Position numbers and translations under genes: made by a program
The notes under the pieces: model-generated
Database searches by the model: none
What the model was told of the DNA's origin: nothing
The model's input: the letters and a program-made list of their open reading frames with translations, nothing else
IMG/VR virus record: IMGVR_UViG_3300032213_000694
Location: 1 to 64,000 of that record
Direction: 5' to 3' (one strand)
Source of the DNA: an uncultured virus (IMG/VR IMGVR_UViG_3300032213_000694)
Taxonomy: Duplodnaviria > Heunggongvirae > Uroviricota > Caudoviricetes > Crassvirales
DNA: 64,000 nucleotides
In this document: piece by piece, positions 45,812 through 55,710 of the stretch
Numbering within the stretch: the first letter of the stretch is position 1
Layout: every line of letters begins with the position of its first letter

Positions 45812-47245
45812 TTATAATGCGTCTGCTTTACCCGCCTTCTTAGTCTTTTGTTTTGCTGCAGCCTTAGGCTTTGCAGCAGATTTTGCTGCAGGCTTACTAC
45901 CAGACAAAAGTAACCAATCTTTTTCAATAATTCCGCTTTTTTTGGATGGGTGAATAGCTTTAAATGTACTCTTTAAATCACTTACAGTGTATACAGTTTT
46001 ACCATTAGCATCAACGTATTTAACACCACCTGGTATGGTTATAATATTTGTAATTGAATAACCTTTCAAATTCAAATCATTTGCTATATCTTTTGCAGCT
46101 TCGCTATCTTTACCTCTTGACTGTATATCCGTAAAGTTATTTACAGCTACTTGTCTTAATGTGGCTCTATTTGTATCAGATACATTAGGTTTAGTTCCAC
46201 CACCACCACCACTTGCTTTAGGAGCATTAGGATTAGTTGTTAATGACTTTTTTTGTCCTGTTTTAGCTGCAATTAATTTATCCAAACTATCTACTGCAAC
46301 CTCTTTCATTTTTTCATCAATGACAGGTGCAGGGAATCCATTAGCATCTTTTGTTATAAATATAAGTTTTGCATTAGGATTTGATTTTAACTTTTCTTTC
46401 TTTTCTGATTCTGTTCTATAGAAATCATAACCCTCTCTTTCAGAAAGCACACGTGCTACATCATAAGGTGTAGCTACATAACTAGCAATGAATGTATCTT
46501 TAGCATTCTTGTACTCAGGATTACTTTCCATAGAGGATGTCTTAAGCAAACCTCTAGTTCCTAAATTAGATAATACATCATAAGTTGCTACCTTAAATTT
46601 ATCGGCAGCTAAATCGTAGTTAACTATTTCATCTTGGAACTTATCATATCTAGCTACAATGCCAGGAGTTGATTCAGTACCTTCAATAACCTCTTGTGTG
46701 ACAGGATCTATCTTAGCAAACATTAATCGCTTGTCTTTAATAATAGGAGATGTGTTTTCTAAATCTCCTGTTTGCAAAAATATTTCATTAAAATATCTTC
46801 CCAATGGAGATTGTTTTTCAGCATCTGCAATTATTCTTTGTTCTGCACTAGCATAACCATCAATAGAAGACTTTAAATCGTTTACATCTTGAACTAGATT
46901 TTCTCTCTCAATCTTAGCATCCATTTTAGATATTTGGCCCGACTTTTGTAGATTCTCTAATTCTTGTAATCTATTAGCTATTCCATCTACTGCTTTGAAT
47001 TTAATCTCCTTTATAGTAGGTGCAGACACAGCTTTAAACCCAGACCGAAGAGGAGCCATAGCTTTTTCAGTTTCTGAAGCTAATAACAAATCTTGTTTCT
47101 CTTGGAGTTTTTCTTGTTGCAATAAAGCCTTTTCATCCTCAACTCTTTTTCTTTCTTGCAAATCAATAACATTGGAAACTAATCCAGTGCCGATTTTACC
47201 AAAATCAATTGGTTGGGTTGCTACATATCCTGCGTATTCTGCCAT
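45812..47245 (-). CDS. putative internal virion protein
   Basis: 477 aa; position before largest virion gene; K/A-rich tail. Confidence 0.55.
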   Translation of the reverse strand: MAEYAGYVATQPIDFGKIGTGLVSNVIDLQERKRVEDEKALLQQEKLQEKQDLLLASETEKAMAPLRSGFKAVSAPTIKEIKFKAVDGIANRLQELENLQKSGQISKMDAKIERENLVQDVNDLKSSIDGYASAEQRIIADAEKQSPLGRYFNEIFLQTGDLENTSPIIKDKRLMFAKIDPVTQEVIEGTESTPGIVARYDKFQDEIVNYDLAADKFKVATYDVLSNLGTRGLLKTSSMESNPEYKNAKDTFIASYVATPYDVARVLSEREGYDFYRTESEKKEKLKSNPNAKLIFITKDANGFPAPVIDEKMKEVAVDSLDKLIAAKTGQKKSLTTNPNAPKASGGGGGTKPNVSDTNRATLRQVAVNNFTDIQSRGKDSEAAKDIANDLNLKGYSITNIITIPGGVKYVDANGKTVYTVSDLKSTFKAIHPSKKSGIIEKDWLLLSGSKPAAKSAAKPKAAAKQKTKKAGKADAL

Positions 47246-47247
47246 AA

Positions 47248-47940
47248 TTATTGTCTTATTTTAGAGTATGGATTAGCATAGTATCCTGTTATACCACTAG
47301 GCATATTGAAATTCATGGGAGTTGTATTCAATTGGTTTGAATAATCTTTTACTGATTGACCAAAAGCTGTATCTCCCAAAGTACCTTTGTTACCATAAAT
47401 GTCTTTATATGATGCCAATGTTGCAATATCAGAAGCACCTTGTGCTAAACCGCCAACCCCCGCAGCAATATTACTAGCTCCTTCAGCAGCGGCAATCTGA
47501 GCCCCTTGAATTCTACTTTGTGCTAATGATGCTTCTCTGTTAGCTCTATTAGCTTCAATTTGCTGTGCATTTTGAGCTCTAGCTATATCACGTGCATATT
47601 GGGCTTCTTGTGCTTGTGCAGCTAATTGTAAATCTTGAGCTTGCGCTTGTTGATTTGCTGCAGTCAATCCTCCAAGAACAGTAGCTGCGCCACCCTCTTG
47701 TAATGCTTGTATATTACTAGCTTGTCTTGCTTGCATATTTTGTTGAGCCAACTCAAGCCCTAATGTAGGAACTTGAATATCCGCAAATTTATTAGCTTCA
47801 TTAATGGCTGCAAATTGTTGGGCAGCCTTACTAGCCGCATTACTAGCATCTGTTCTTGCTTTTTGCCCTTGGTATATCTGGTAGCCAGAACCTAAGGCAG
47901 ATATTCCTAAACCTATAGCGGCAGCTGTTCCTATTCCCAT
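47248..47940 (-). CDS. putative internal virion (pilot-like) protein
   Basis: Gly/Ala-rich hydrophobic ends around Q/A coiled coil. Confidence 0.6.
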   Translation of the reverse strand: MGIGTAAAIGLGISALGSGYQIYQGQKARTDASNAASKAAQQFAAINEANKFADIQVPTLGLELAQQNMQARQASNIQALQEGGAATVLGGLTAANQQAQAQDLQLAAQAQEAQYARDIARAQNAQQIEANRANREASLAQSRIQGAQIAAAEGASNIAAGVGGLAQGASDIATLASYKDIYGNKGTLGDTAFGQSVKDYSNQLNTTPMNFNMPSGITGYYANPYSKIRQ

Positions 47941-47941
47941 G

Positions 47942-48349
47942 TTATAATAATTTTATCATTTCGGTACATCCTTCTTGCGTTTTAATAAATCCGCAATTTT
48001 CGTATTTATCTATTAAGCTCTTATTGCGTAAAACAGTCCAAACAGCTTTGTGTCCTGAGTTTTTACACACAACAGAAATAGATTCAATTAAAAATTCAAT
48101 TGCTTCTTTTCTGTCTTCTTCTTTATATTCAAAATTGGATATAATAAACTCACAAAAAGCAATACCTGAATTGGTTAAATAAGCAAAACCTGCACAAATA
48201 TTTATGTCTCCTTTCGAAACCATAAATCCTCCTACCCCATTATTCGGTAACATTTCTTTTGCCGGGGCCTCCCATCTCCAATCTTCCCACCACTTAACCA
48301 ATGTTTCATCGTAGTCACTTTCGTTTAGTAACCTTATATTAAATTCCAT
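47942..48349 (-). CDS. GNAT-like protein of podoviral tail operons
   Basis: IRLL...DY...L..WW..W...CAGF.Y.TNS...Y...GF. Confidence 0.55.
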   Translation of the reverse strand: MEFNIRLLNESDYDETLVKWWEDWRWEAPAKEMLPNNGVGGFMVSKGDINICAGFAYLTNSGIAFCEFIISNFEYKEEDRKEAIEFLIESISVVCKNSGHKAVWTVLRNKSLIDKYENCGFIKTQEGCTEMIKLL

Positions 48350-48370
48350 TCTACAAATATAATTAAATTA

Positions 48371-49099
48371 TCAAGGATAACTCTTAAATACATCAGAAGT
48401 TACCATATACATTTCAGTATAATCTGTATCGTTATTTGTAAATTCCACGCTTAAGTAAGTTCCTCTTGTTGGGCTTGATTCTGCAACCGGGCTTTTTTCG
48501 TAAAGAATAAATCTACCATTTGTTGGTGCGGTGCCTGTCACACTCACGGTTACTGTATTTGCAGTATGTGCAGTAATTGGTCCAATGCGTGTAAGCACGC
48601 CTGCGTTTACCCAATAAAGAATATCTCCTGTGCTAATTATATCGCCTATATTAAAAGCAAATGTCAACACACCTGCCGCATAAGTAGTCACATTTCCTAT
48701 GCCTTGAACAGAGGTCATGGATACATCATTAGCAGACAATTCAGTCCTTCTAATATACCCATACCATGTGCCTTCTTTTAAGTCATACCAATCTGCATCA
48801 ATGTAACCTTCTCCTTGATCAGATAAAATATCTGTTTCCCAAGCAGTAGTTGAATTAGTAGCTATGGTTTTAAATGACTTTGTTTGAGACGGTTCAGTAT
48901 TAAAAATGGTAGTTATTTTAGATGGGTATAATACACCATAATAGCTATTTCTAGTTACATTGGAATTATGCTTATATAAATTACCGTTCTTAAATGTGTA
49001 CAAATAATTATTCATAGACACCATCCACTCAGGTAAATATGAGTGGTATGATGTCCATCCTGATAATCTCGGAGAATATGTTATTGTATAGTTAGCCAT
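48371..49099 (-). CDS. tail structural protein
   Basis: T..YS....GW.S..SY.PEWM..MNN..YTFKNG.L..H; follows large tail protein. Confidence 0.65.
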   Translation of the reverse strand: MANYTITYSPRLSGWTSYHSYLPEWMVSMNNYLYTFKNGNLYKHNSNVTRNSYYGVLYPSKITTIFNTEPSQTKSFKTIATNSTTAWETDILSDQGEGYIDADWYDLKEGTWYGYIRRTELSANDVSMTSVQGIGNVTTYAAGVLTFAFNIGDIISTGDILYWVNAGVLTRIGPITAHTANTVTVSVTGTAPTNGRFILYEKSPVAESSPTRGTYLSVEFTNNDTDYTEMYMVTSDVFKSYP

Positions 49100-49126
49100 A
49101 TGCTTACAAATTTACTTATTTTAATA

Positions 49127-52100
49127 TTACGGACAACTATAGAACGATGTAATTTGAATTGAGCCATTGTATGCAGGCGGAGGTGAGCTTTGTGTAAGCG
49201 TAGCTCCTGTGTAAGTGTAGAATACAGGACTCATACTAGGCAACACATATCTCCTACCTACAGATCCTGGAACTATCGTAGTGTATGCAATGCCAACACC
49301 AGGAGAACATTCAGCTAACTCATAATAAGTTGTCAGTGTAGGACATCCTGTCAATCCTGTATCTGTAATTGATATTAACGTTCCACCAGGGCTTGATCCC
49401 AACACGCTAGTTACAGTGTAAGTAGACCCACCTGATTCAACTCTATCATTTACAGCAAATGTGCCTATCGCATATGCTTGAGAGTTAGCAGTAGCTCCAT
49501 CAGAGCATCTATACAATGCATACCAATCAAACGTAGGGCCAGGACAACCTGTACTTCCTGTTGTGACAATTGGTAATAATGTTCCAACAGGTGCCGTATT
49601 AAGAATGTTTGTAATAGTATATGTAGCACTACCAGAAGTTACTCTTTCGTTCAAGTCAAATGCATTTTGTGCATATTGCTGAGAATAAGCAACAGCAAGC
49701 GTAGTGCAATTTAATAATTGATACCAATCATACACGACTGGTTTAGTAGCTTGTGTAACAGGTATTGTGATATTACCTGAGCAACCCGACACAGTTATAT
49801 TTAAGTTACGTGGAGAACCTAAATTCTCTAAAACCTCAACATATATCAATTGGTTATTTGACCCAAATCTATCACTAACAGTCAACCAACTATTAGTAGG
49901 CACTGTTATTGACCAATCTGTATTAGATTGAATATAGAATGATTTCTTTTGTGTTGTACCGTTAAACGATAAGCTAGTAGGCGTTACTGAAATAGAACAA
50001 TTTTTAATCTTTCTATTATTATCTACAGCTAAAACATAATGCTCGAAGTATGGATCAAACATGCCCAGTTTTACCGTGTTGGTATCTAGGTTCGCCTTAA
50101 ACCAGTTCTTCATACCTTGAGATGATATCTCAAACAATCCATTAGGTTGTAATGCCATTACAGCACCACGTCTAGCATCTGTGAAGAACAAATCATTACC
50201 CCACTTAGTAAAACTCTCTGGGTTTAAACTAATACCATACTCGCCTTCATAAGAAATCTGAGTACCCAATACCTCAGGGATGGATGCAACAACGCCTCCA
50301 CCTGTAGAGTCACTCAATAAATTCTTACCATAAAGAACCTTAGAAACCTTATTTTCTTGTAATACAATTAAATCTGTGTCACGAGAGAATAACTTTTGAA
50401 TAGATCCAAAAAATCTATCTAAGTATTTAAAGTTACCAAGTGATAAGTTAAACTCATTCAGCCTATTAATTGCAGTTGTTTCAGTATAAATACCACTGTA
50501 AGTTAATGCTTGAACAACTGTTTGCTCTTCGTACCCTTCAATAGTTGAGTTAGCACGTGGACTGAATTGCATTGTTGCTGAATTAAAGTCGTCTCTAATT
50601 CTAAAACTTTCTACTCCATTACCAAATGAGAATGCGTTGAAATCGGCATTAAAGTTAAACGTATTTAAATCTATTATCGCCGGAGCACCCAATGCAATAT
50701 TCTGATTGTCAACATTTCCATAGTGATTGCCATCGATAATAGGATACGTTTGTGAAAGCTCATAATATATATCTTGGTTAGTGTCTATTGGGACTGTTTC
50801 AAACAAAGATGGGAACTCAGACTGCTGTAATGAAAACTGTGTATCAATAGCAGGCTCAACTCCTCCTTGGAATGAATAAAAATACATGTACACAGGGTAC
50901 GTCAGTGTACTTGGGGCAATCGTTGATCCTTGTGATATAAGACCTGGTCTACCAGTAGAAACTAATACTCCACGTCTAAAGCAAACATTCTTAGGCCCAA
51001 TACTTTGGTCTGATTCATCTAAAGCAATCCATTTCTGATATGCTCCATCTTCAATAAACCACTCCTCAATATTTACGTAATCTTTTGTTGATATAAACGT
51101 TTGGGTAATCCATTGATTAGTTCCGTTAGTCTCCTTGTATTTAAACGTCAAAATAGCACCAGCATTAATAGGTCTATCTTGATTATTACCAGGTGATGGA
51201 CTCCATCCATCTAAAGTAAAAAATACGCCAGGTACAGGAGTGCTATGGTCAATAAGTCCTCCAAATATATTTAAACATACATTTTCTAAATTACCTCTAC
51301 AATTAACAACCCAATAATCTTTTGTTCTGTGACCTGTGTTTGACAAGAATCTAATAGAACAAGTACTACCTGAATAAGTTAGCGTTTGGTCTGCAGCTGA
51401 GTTAATAGTAATTCCACTAGCAACTAATACTTTATAGTTGCCATCATATGAAACATAATACTTAAATGTATCAGCTATACCTGATGTAGAGTCAATCTCA
51501 ACATAGAACCTAGCATCATTTGCTCCTGTGTAAGCATTGCTTGCTCCTACTATCATATCGTTGATACCAACCCCATAAAATATAGCGTTCTCAGCAACAT
51601 TAAATCTATTCGTAACTAGTGTGCTAGGTGGATCTTCTCCACCGCCAACATTGTAATCGTAGAAGTATGTAATAGGAGGCAATACAGATGACTCTATCTT
51701 AATTCTAAAGTATACACCAGCAGGCTGATTTGAATCAGCACTATTTAAGAAGTTTGCATTCTTAGATTGAATATCTAATATCTTATACTGTTCATTAGTA
51801 TTAGTTGTTGCGCTCTTAAGATATACGTAAGAACCAACAGATATTTTATCTTGGTCTGCTTGGTTAATTAAGAACCACTTGAATTGCCCGTCTTCAAAAT
51901 AAGTCAATGGGAATACGTTGTAGTATTCTTGCTTATCTTGCTTAATTACAAATCTGTAATGAGTTGCAAAAGAAGGTGGTTCATAAGTACCATTAATAGT
52001 TACACGGATATTATTTCCAGTGATAGCATTTGATGCAGGAATATAAATTGTGTTAGTATTCTCTGTTGGTGTAATTACAGTAGTCATTCTACCATAATCA

Positions 52101-53263
52101 TCCAAATAAACAATACCAATCTCGTAGTCTCTATTACTCTTAAATGTAGGAGTAGGAGTTCCACTTGTAATAGATTGCGTTACTAATGATAATGAGAAAG
52201 CTGGGTTAATTGGCTCCTTATTATCCTTTAATAAATTAAAGAACTGAGTATAATTACCATACACCAATCTGCTACCAATTAATTCTTGAGACTTCGCCTT
52301 AATTGGAACGTTGTCAAAAAGTCTATTTAATTGCTCAACAGGAAGTAACGTGAATACTTTATTGTTTTTAAACTTAAAAGAATACTCTGTGTTGTCGTCA
52401 TAATTATTTAGCTCTTTAACTAAACTATCAATTATGTATGTGTTGGTACTTTGAGTATCTCTAAATACTAATTGAATTTCTTTTACGTTCTTTGACCCAG
52501 AGTTAAAAGTTATATCTGCTGTGTTAAAGTTATTAACCATCGATATATTCTCTGATACTCCATAGTCGTAAGCATATTCTTTTGGGAAAAATGCTACAGG
52601 AGAGAATGGAGACAAAGCACTGTACTCATTATCCAAATACTTGTATCTGTAAGAAAAGTAAAGAAACTTATTCTCTAAGTTATTGGCCTCTCCTTCTGAA
52701 TATAAATTAATTGTAGGAGCCTCTAATGGAGGAGCCAAGATAACATTTATGTCAGCCTGAGTAAAACCATTGATTGCATAGTTCTTGGCACGATCAACAT
52801 TAATCCTACGTGGAGGATTTAAGTTGTCAGTCCAAAAAAGAAGACCGTTGATATAATTGATACCTGTTACGAAATACTCCTTGTTAAAGCCAAGCAATGA
52901 AGGCGTAGTTGGTGTTGATTTAGTAGCCCGAAGTACAGGTGTTGTTACATTTAATGTTTCGTTATACTCGTAAACAGCATCCAAAGTGTCTGATGCTACT
53001 AACCAATAAATTGTATTGTTAGCTTCGACAGCAAGTGATCCGATACAAGTTGCATTAGTTAAATTGTAGTTAGTCCCTTTTAATATATTACCCAAGTAAT
53101 TTTGAGCAACTCCATTACGTGAGCCGTCTTCTTCGACAAATGCTCCGTCAGAATCGCCAACAATAATATTAAGCGCATCTCTATATGTGCCATCAGGTAA
53201 AAAGTGAGGGTCAAGATCTTTATTCATGACCCCCGAAAGGAAATTTCTTTGAAGTTCTATCAT
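49127..53263 (-). CDS. tail stabilisation/nozzle protein with BACON-like domain and three C-terminal Cys-bounded repeats
   Basis: F..G.MNKDLD...LP.G.YRDALN; LLFWTD..NPPR.IN; FSYRYKY.D.EYS..SPFS; SNTDW......WLTVS...G....R...ITV.......VTQ. Confidence 0.75.
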   Translation of the reverse strand: MIELQRNFLSGVMNKDLDPHFLPDGTYRDALNIIVGDSDGAFVEEDGSRNGVAQNYLGNILKGTNYNLTNATCIGSLAVEANNTIYWLVASDTLDAVYEYNETLNVTTPVLRATKSTPTTPSLLGFNKEYFVTGINYINGLLFWTDNLNPPRRINVDRAKNYAINGFTQADINVILAPPLEAPTINLYSEGEANNLENKFLYFSYRYKYLDNEYSALSPFSPVAFFPKEYAYDYGVSENISMVNNFNTADITFNSGSKNVKEIQLVFRDTQSTNTYIIDSLVKELNNYDDNTEYSFKFKNNKVFTLLPVEQLNRLFDNVPIKAKSQELIGSRLVYGNYTQFFNLLKDNKEPINPAFSLSLVTQSITSGTPTPTFKSNRDYEIGIVYLDDYGRMTTVITPTENTNTIYIPASNAITGNNIRVTINGTYEPPSFATHYRFVIKQDKQEYYNVFPLTYFEDGQFKWFLINQADQDKISVGSYVYLKSATTNTNEQYKILDIQSKNANFLNSADSNQPAGVYFRIKIESSVLPPITYFYDYNVGGGEDPPSTLVTNRFNVAENAIFYGVGINDMIVGASNAYTGANDARFYVEIDSTSGIADTFKYYVSYDGNYKVLVASGITINSAADQTLTYSGSTCSIRFLSNTGHRTKDYWVVNCRGNLENVCLNIFGGLIDHSTPVPGVFFTLDGWSPSPGNNQDRPINAGAILTFKYKETNGTNQWITQTFISTKDYVNIEEWFIEDGAYQKWIALDESDQSIGPKNVCFRRGVLVSTGRPGLISQGSTIAPSTLTYPVYMYFYSFQGGVEPAIDTQFSLQQSEFPSLFETVPIDTNQDIYYELSQTYPIIDGNHYGNVDNQNIALGAPAIIDLNTFNFNADFNAFSFGNGVESFRIRDDFNSATMQFSPRANSTIEGYEEQTVVQALTYSGIYTETTAINRLNEFNLSLGNFKYLDRFFGSIQKLFSRDTDLIVLQENKVSKVLYGKNLLSDSTGGGVVASIPEVLGTQISYEGEYGISLNPESFTKWGNDLFFTDARRGAVMALQPNGLFEISSQGMKNWFKANLDTNTVKLGMFDPYFEHYVLAVDNNRKIKNCSISVTPTSLSFNGTTQKKSFYIQSNTDWSITVPTNSWLTVSDRFGSNNQLIYVEVLENLGSPRNLNITVSGCSGNITIPVTQATKPVVYDWYQLLNCTTLAVAYSQQYAQNAFDLNERVTSGSATYTITNILNTAPVGTLLPIVTTGSTGCPGPTFDWYALYRCSDGATANSQAYAIGTFAVNDRVESGGSTYTVTSVLGSSPGGTLISITDTGLTGCPTLTTYYELAECSPGVGIAYTTIVPGSVGRRYVLPSMSPVFYTYTGATLTQSSPPPAYNGSIQITSFYSCP

Positions 53264-54160
53264 TTACTTAATCCACTTAGATTGGCCTCTCATGCTCATC
53301 AATAAGCGACCTGGGTGTAAATTACTTAATCTAATCTTTGTGTTTCTCCAATTAGAAACCTTTTCTTTGCGAGCTCTGTTAATAACATACTCAGGCTGAT
53401 TTGCTTTGGTATTTAAAATAGCCCACTTAATATATGAGTATATATATTCTTCTGCTAACTTATTGATAACGATTTTGCTGTCGTCACCTGGATACAAACC
53501 ATCTGAAATATATTCAACTACAACAGATTGATTAAACATTCCTGAGCTAAAGTTAATAACTCCAGCTACCTTATCAACTCTGAATGATGGATTAACATTA
53601 GCTACCTCTGTATTTAAACCATAAGCAGCACCAAATCCCCAAGTGAAATACCACAATCCATCTACGTACCATCCCCACTGGTTATTGAATGGACAAACCA
53701 TATAGCTTTCTCCGTCGATACGAGACAAATCTAACTTTGATGTTCCTTGTAATGCATTGCCTTGGTCATCAAATAAGATTTGATATTCGTCATCCTGCAA
53801 GAATTCAATAGCTGTGTTTGCTTGAGGGTTTTCGTACATTGGGTACAAATTACCTCCCCAGAATAAAGAAACACGAACGTAGTTCACATAATCGGGAGGC
53901 AATACAAATTTCAAGTCATGTCCAACTTCTAATTGCAAGGCGTTAACTTGGCGATTTCCATCATAGTTTAACTCCTGTACCGCTCTTTTAGCATGGAACA
54001 AAATCTTATATCTGTTGATATTATTCAACAAGTCACCGTCATCAGTATACATTAAGATGAAGTTATTCACAACATCTCCTAATGTTACATTCTGATACGA
54101 TCCCCAATTGGCATCGGTAGGGGTGACCCCGTCATTGGTGTAATATTCTTCCTGATTCAT
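53264..54160 (-). CDS. tail ring/adaptor protein
   Basis: LP.DYVNYVR, VEYISDGL; post-capsid position. Confidence 0.65.
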   Translation of the reverse strand: MNQEEYYTNDGVTPTDANWGSYQNVTLGDVVNNFILMYTDDGDLLNNINRYKILFHAKRAVQELNYDGNRQVNALQLEVGHDLKFVLPPDYVNYVRVSLFWGGNLYPMYENPQANTAIEFLQDDEYQILFDDQGNALQGTSKLDLSRIDGESYMVCPFNNQWGWYVDGLWYFTWGFGAAYGLNTEVANVNPSFRVDKVAGVINFSSGMFNQSVVVEYISDGLYPGDDSKIVINKLAEEYIYSYIKWAILNTKANQPEYVINRARKEKVSNWRNTKIRLSNLHPGRLLMSMRGQSKWIK

Positions 54161-54852
54161 TATTGTTGTTTTTGATCAGTGTACGCTTCTTCTGATTTAG
54201 CTGCTTGTACCACATCGGCTTCTCTAATACTTACTCCTGCATATTGGCAAATCTTAACCACTAACTTAGGGAAATCAGATATAGCTAACTCAAAATCTTG
54301 ATAGTCATTTGCTGATTGGTTAAATAAAGGGCTACCGTTTACTACTGTATAAGTCCACTTAGGGTCAGCTGGGTAGCGAACATAGTAGATATTAATATTA
54401 TCAGTAATAGTAGTTGGATATACAGTTATTTGATTCCCCTGCATAACGTATGTAGGGTATGTTTCTGTAGGTGCCGTTAAATTAGAATTAAGTAAATAGT
54501 ATAACTTCTCTTGATTAACGTGAGTTACTTCTTTCCCATTATAGTACAGTACATTTAATAAGAAAAAGTTTTCGGGCAATTCAAATTTATCGTCTGTGTT
54601 ATTATAAACCAAGTCTGCATTCCTAGAAAAGAAATCAATTGTTTGGTCTATTTGCTTAGTAATATCTGAGTAGCCGCTAGTCTCCATGCCCTTCATATCC
54701 TTTATTTTGGACTGCTGAAAGTCAAAGAAGTATTGCATGAACAATTCTAACTGAGCCTGCTTTGCAAAGCTGTTGAATTCTTCTGGTGTAATAAACCCAT
54801 TATTATCCTTATTGATAATATTTAGGACAGTATTTCGTACGGAATTTATCAT
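54160..54852 (-). CDS. tail ring/adaptor protein
   Basis: INSVR.TVL.I.NK.N.G.ITP.EFN.FA..AQ; YVRYP.DPKW.Y. Confidence 0.65.
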   Translation of the reverse strand: MINSVRNTVLNIINKDNNGFITPEEFNSFAKQAQLELFMQYFFDFQQSKIKDMKGMETSGYSDITKQIDQTIDFFSRNADLVYNNTDDKFELPENFFLLNVLYYNGKEVTHVNQEKLYYLLNSNLTAPTETYPTYVMQGNQITVYPTTITDNINIYYVRYPADPKWTYTVVNGSPLFNQSANDYQDFELAISDFPKLVVKICQYAGVSIREADVVQAAKSEEAYTDQKQQ

Positions 54853-54857
54853 AATGA

Positions 54858-54865
54858 CAAAGATA
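54858..54865 (-). promoter_or_regulatory. -7 promoter box
   Basis: TATCTTTG 5 nt upstream of ATG. Confidence 0.6.
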
Positions 54866-54867
54866 AT

Positions 54868-54893
54868 AAAAAAAGGGCACTAGATGTGCCCTC
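54868..54893 (-). terminator. intrinsic terminator
   Basis: GGGCAC-N5-GTGCCC-TTTTTTT on -. Confidence 0.75.
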
Positions 54894-54898
54894 TTAAT

Positions 54899-55645
54899 TT
54901 AGCGATATTTTTTAGATAATAACTCGTATATCTCTAAACCATCGTTGCTCTGAAGCCACGATGCAAGTAGCTTGGCGGGTTCTTCTCCAAAAGGGACACC
55001 CATTAGCTTCTTCTTGTTATCTTGTAGGTTAAAGAATATGTCTCTATTCTTATTCTTTAAGATAAACGTACCGTCTTGCAACGCTTTAACTGCAATGTTT
55101 TGCAACTTAAGTTCTGGATCGTTTAGTAATTGCAAGAACTCATACGGGTTATTCCTAGCATATAACATTAAATCTCTTCTTAATTCTTCGCTAGATAAAT
55201 TATCTACACGAGAATCCATCATTACACGAGCAATAGCTTCTGCTGTAGCAATATCTACTTCACGTGCTGCAATCTGAGCATCTAATTGAATATTAATGTT
55301 GTCGATTTGAACTGAAGCATCACGCTTAGTATCAACCTCCTCGAATACTGATCCATTATCTGGATGGTAAGCCAAGAACATTTGCAATACTTGATTCTCC
55401 TTAGGAACCGATAACAAACCATCGTCAAAGATGATTGGCTCTAAAATGAAGTTACCATCTTGCTCATCCTCAAAAGGAGACTTTTGGTTAACCGCATATC
55501 GTAGTGGTCTGTTAGTATTTGTTTTTGTATCGAAGTACAATAGAGAGCGACGTGTAGTATTACGTGACGCTAACATGAATGAGATAGGAAAAGTTCTTCT
55601 CTTTAGGACATACAATTTGTCCACAATTTCTCTGGGATTTGACAT
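54899..55645 (-). CDS. conserved hypothetical protein following major capsid gene
   Basis: 248 aa; R.LRYA.NQKSPF.DEQ. Confidence 0.7.
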   Translation of the reverse strand: MSNPREIVDKLYVLKRRTFPISFMLASRNTTRRSLLYFDTKTNTNRPLRYAVNQKSPFEDEQDGNFILEPIIFDDGLLSVPKENQVLQMFLAYHPDNGSVFEEVDTKRDASVQIDNINIQLDAQIAAREVDIATAEAIARVMMDSRVDNLSSEELRRDLMLYARNNPYEFLQLLNDPELKLQNIAVKALQDGTFILKNKNRDIFFNLQDNKKKLMGVPFGEEPAKLLASWLQSNDGLEIYELLSKKYR

Positions 55646-55669
55646 TATATTTGATTTTAAAATTTAAAC

Positions 55670-55702
55670 AAAATTAAATAAGGGGAGACCGAAGCCTCCC
55701 CC
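55670..55702 (-). terminator. UUCG-capped hairpin terminator/attenuator after capsid gene
   Basis: GGGGAGGC-TTCG-GTCTCCCC-TATTTAATTTT on -. Confidence 0.75.
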
Positions 55703-55710
55703 TAAGTTTA

